Below, in pieces: positions 60,562 to 64,000 of a stretch of 64,000 nucleotides of DNA. The notes under the pieces are model-generated. The model ran no database searches. It was not told the origin of the DNA and saw nothing but the letters and a program-made list of their open reading frames with translations. Location of the stretch: IMG/VR virus record IMGVR_UViG_3300020047_006293, one strand, 5' to 3'. The position numbers and the translations under genes are program-made. The DNA is from an uncultured virus (IMG/VR IMGVR_UViG_3300020047_006293). Lineage: Duplodnaviria > Heunggongvirae > Uroviricota > Caudoviricetes. The first letter of the stretch is position 1. Every line of letters begins with the position of its first letter.

Positions 60562-61207
60562 TGAGCGCACTTGACGATTCAGCACTCTACACAGGAGTAG
60601 ATGGGGAACCAACAGGTGTATTTGGTAACGAAGTCATTGAGGACTCAACCAAAGAGATACTCCACGAGCAAGAACGAAAGCTTAAAGAACTCACCCCAAA
60701 ACTTGAGATCATCCTCAAGCTCATCGAAGACGAGCGCCAAACTGCACTAGAGTTTGTTGCTGGTTATGTAGACGAAAGCAAGGACGACGACGCCAACTAC
60801 CGTGCAGAGCTCAAAGCTGCCGGACGTTACCGACAATACCTCAACACTCTCAAGACGAAATTTGAGCTACAGCTCCGTGAGGCTAAAGGCGGTAAATCAT
60901 GAACGAAGAGCCCGAAATCAAGTTAGACGATCTAACACAGCTCGATGATACCGCCTCCCTAGTCTCGCTGCATCAAGAGGGTAACTTCCTCGTTGGCCTG
61001 ACAGATAAGGGCGTAAGGTTCCGACAACACATCCCCCAGGGAAAGATTCTTAACAAAAACAAGGAGGGCAACTGGGTATTACAACAGCTAGAGGTTATGT
61101 AGGGTAGTCCAAAACCGACTATCCTACATAGCCCCTCGCTATCGGACGCCCACGTTACGGGTAGAGGTTCGCGACCTACTAATAGCAGATTTAACGAGGA
61201 GAAACAT

Positions 61208-61966
61208 ATGGATGACGATAAGTCACCCGTCGTCAATGACGACACTACCGCTTCAGACGATATTTTGGACGTCTTGAGTGCCACAGAAGACGAAGTGGAA
61301 ACACCTAAAGTCGAGGAAACTCAGCAAGACGAGTCCCAGGAGGACGACCAAGCGGATGAAGACGAGACCGAATCAGAGGTTGAGCCCCCAGAGTCTACCG
61401 AAGATGAATCGCAAGAGGAATCAGAGGAATCAGAGGAACTAGACCCGAAGGAAGAAGCTCGCAGACGATACGAGGAAAGGCAACGCGCTAAGGACGAATC
61501 AAAGCAAAAGATTCTCGAACAAACCCAGGACTACATCCAGGGTACGGACGACGAAACTGAGCAGCGCCTACGCACTATAGAAGTTAACGACTATATGCGG
61601 ACAGTTGAGAGTAATCAAAACTCTCTCATCGGCGAATTTGAACGAGCCAAAGCGAATCCTGACCTGCAAATCTTTAACCCTGAGAACAAAGAACAGTTCA
61701 ACGAGCGCTTGTACAACAAGGCTATCCAGGACTACAACGCCGGGTACCTCGACTACGACCGTTTCGGGAACATACAAGGGGTTAAGGGCTCACTATATGA
61801 ACATTTAACCGAGATGGCAGCTCTCTACACAGATGCAGTCAAAGACGGGCAAGTTCAGCAGGTGAGAGCAACTCGTCGTATGCGCTCTAGCGCAGATACA
61901 AAACCAGCGGCTCCACCCAAAGAAGCCCAAAAAGACCCAATCATGGAGATTCTGTCGTCCGACTAA
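61208..61966 (+). CDS. Scaffolding protein
   Basis: Very acidic N-terminus; before the capsid gene. Confidence 0.7.
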   Translation: MDDDKSPVVNDDTTASDDILDVLSATEDEVETPKVEETQQDESQEDDQADEDETESEVEPPESTEDESQEESEESEELDPKEEARRRYEERQRAKDESKQKILEQTQDYIQGTDDETEQRLRTIEVNDYMRTVESNQNSLIGEFERAKANPDLQIFNPENKEQFNERLYNKAIQDYNAGYLDYDRFGNIQGVKGSLYEHLTEMAALYTDAVKDGQVQQVRATRRMRSSADTKPAAPPKEAQKDPIMEILSSD

Positions 61967-61981
61967 CAAAGGACGCTCACA

Positions 61982-62830
61982 ATGGCATCTGCACAAAACT
62001 ACGCCTCAGCGCACCTGAAACAAGTTGACGAGCGAGTTTACCTCGAATCGCTAACAATGGGTGTGTTCGACTCAAAAGATGTTCGCCTTGACTTCAATGG
62101 CAAGAACTCTGTCACGATCTATAACGTTGACACCGTAGCCGAGAACGACTACGTCCGAAGTGGCCTCAGCCGCTTTGGTGCTCTTATAGAACTTGGTACT
62201 GGTACTCAGACGATGACCCTTTCACAGGACAAGTCGTTCAGCTTCTCAATCGACCGCGGTAACTACGAGGACTCTCAAATGGTTACTGAGGCTGCAAAAG
62301 CTGTTAAACGACAGGTTCGTGAAGTTTCAGTCCCTGCAACTGACGTTTACAACCTAGGTATCTTGACTGCTTACGCAATCGCTAACAGCCAGGGTTCTAT
62401 CGGTTCTACCGCAGTAGCTAACACTACCGCTTACTCACTCATCCTTGCTCAGCAAGCAGCTCTTACAGAGCTCAAATACAGCAAGAAGGGTCGTACGCTT
62501 TGGGTTACTCCTACGGTTCTGAACCTCCTCAAGCGAGACCCAGAATTCAAGCTTGACTGTGACTTTGCTTACCGCGACGGAAAAGAAGGAACGGTTGGTA
62601 TGGTTGACGGTCTTGTGATCAAAGAAGTTCCTGCTTCTTACATGGTCGCTAAGTTCGAATTCATGATCACTTGTGAAGGCGTTGCTGTGGCTGTCAACAA
62701 ATTCAACATGGTACGTACTATCGATAACGATAAAGACGTAGACGGTTGGATTTGTCAGGGTCGTCGATACCACGACATGTTTGTCCTCGGACAAAAAGGT
62801 ACGGGTATCCGAATCAAGACATCACCATAG
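61982..62830 (+). CDS. Major capsid protein
   Basis: DYVR, TLSQDKSFSFSID, VGMVDG and GRRYHD patterns. Confidence 0.8.
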   Translation: MASAQNYASAHLKQVDERVYLESLTMGVFDSKDVRLDFNGKNSVTIYNVDTVAENDYVRSGLSRFGALIELGTGTQTMTLSQDKSFSFSIDRGNYEDSQMVTEAAKAVKRQVREVSVPATDVYNLGILTAYAIANSQGSIGSTAVANTTAYSLILAQQAALTELKYSKKGRTLWVTPTVLNLLKRDPEFKLDCDFAYRDGKEGTVGMVDGLVIKEVPASYMVAKFEFMITCEGVAVAVNKFNMVRTIDNDKDVDGWICQGRRYHDMFVLGQKGTGIRIKTSP

Positions 62831-63107
62831 TTAATTAACATCCCGCTGATTTAGAGAGCGGAGAAATGGAGACTCCTAATGTTCGAAAAACAAGAAGATG
62901 GTAACAGCAAGAGTGGCTGGTACAAACACGAAGAAACTGGCGCAGTTGTAGAACTCGTCAATGACTCAAAGTACGGTACACCACTCACTAACGCTTACAT
63001 CCGCGCCGGTTACGTCTATGTAGGCGATACTGACCCACGCGAAAAGGCTTCTAAAGAAGACAAAAAAGCCTCCGAGAAATAGCAATTTAAACCAAAGGAC
63101 TTAAGAA

Positions 63108-63527
63108 ATGGCAAACCCAGCATTTTCAACCCGCTACCGCCTTCCTGATGGTCGCTACGCTGTGAACGTCACAGAGGCTAAGACCCTGACGGCTGCTGAT
63201 AGCGGTCTGGTACAAAACGTAACTGCTGCAAGTGTTACCGTTACTCTTCCTGCAACCGCTACTCAGGGCGTATTTATCGTTCGTGACGGTGGTGTAAAGG
63301 GTACTAACGCTGCAACTGGTGCAATCGCTGCTGCTGCTGCTCCAAAGGTAGACCCAGACAACGCTGACACTGTACAAGGTTTCAACGTATCTGGTACGGC
63401 TGCTGACGGTAAATACCTCTACAGCACAAGCGCACGTGTCGGTGACGAACTTACTGTTATCAACACTGGTAACACCAACGGTGGAATCGTCGGCGCAAAC
63501 GTCGGTGACTGGAGCCGCGAGGCCTAG
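63108..63527 (+). CDS. Virion decoration protein
   Basis: TLTAADSG...TLPA; similar to 21093..21560. Confidence 0.55.
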   Translation: MANPAFSTRYRLPDGRYAVNVTEAKTLTAADSGLVQNVTAASVTVTLPATATQGVFIVRDGGVKGTNAATGAIAAAAAPKVDPDNADTVQGFNVSGTAADGKYLYSTSARVGDELTVINTGNTNGGIVGANVGDWSREA

Positions 63528-63619
63528 TTAACCAACCCGGGGTGGTATTTCCCACGAAAGATGTAGCCTCACCAGCCAGAACATCGAGGGACATATACCA
63601 CCCCACCAAAGGAACACAT

Positions 63620-64000
63620 ATGGATTTAAACAAACGAGCTCCAGTACGCAACCACTACAAAGCTCTAGAGGACTCTGCGCTTCTTACATCTCGACACACC
63701 GAGCAAGTGAAGCAACTCCAGTCCCTAGAAAATACTGTACTCACAGCGATAGCCTCGCTGGTTCGTTTTATGGACGGGAAGACTACTAAAACAGAGGTAG
63801 TTAACCAACTAAAATCCATCGCTACCCCAGATGTGGAAAAGGTAGTAAAGGCGGTAGAAAAGCTCGACCAATCTGTCCTCACCAACAAGATTGACCTCAA
63901 GCCCCTTGAAGACTTACTCAAAGGCGTACGTCGTGAAGTATCTCTGATACCTAAAGAGCACGCTAAACAGGAAAAGGTTGAGAGCGTTAAAGTATCTAAC
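63620..64000 (+). CDS. Hypothetical protein, truncated by the window end
   Basis: AAGGA RBS; frame open to the edge (MDLNKRAPVR...). Confidence 0.55.
   Translation, partial: MDLNKRAPVRNHYKALEDSALLTSRHTEQVKQLQSLENTVLTAIASLVRFMDGKTTKTEVVNQLKSIATPDVEKVVKAVEKLDQSVLTNKIDLKPLEDLLKGVRREVSLIPKEHAKQEKVESVKVSN

Overview
The window is almost entirely + strand phage DNA from two related but mosaic tailed phages or prophages, each with a unit length of about 40 kb and podovirus-like gene content. Unit 1 (about 1-40 kb) carries a tyrosine integrase, an SSAP/YqaJ recombination pair, many small early genes, a split large terminase, GroES/GroEL, portal, scaffold, capsid, tail and ejection genes, an M23 endolysin and a holin. 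Unit 2 (about 40 kb to the end) repeats the layout, mostly with divergent or non-homologous genes, and is cut off in the head module. A KGG protein and an NrdH-like glutaredoxin suggest a Saccharibacteria/Patescibacteria host (inference). An apparently identical 1.86 kb block (6707-8562 = 47224-49079) beside an N-gap means the tandem arrangement may be an assembly join of two circular genomes. The most unusual content is non-coding or recoding. (i) Arrays of structured RNA cassettes, each closed by a long imperfect stem, some tRNA-like, preceded by a boxA-like motif and swapped between the phages. (ii) A small protein gene enclosed by an invariant inverted repeat and paired, in both phages, with a covarying four-way-junction RNA. 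(iii) A -1 frameshift architecture in both phages that fuses a membrane anchor to a cell-wall lytic domain. (iv) A divergent antisense sRNA matching three promoter leaders. (v) Repeated promoter-plus-terminator modules in the late region. All structures were read by eye; no folding or database search was run.
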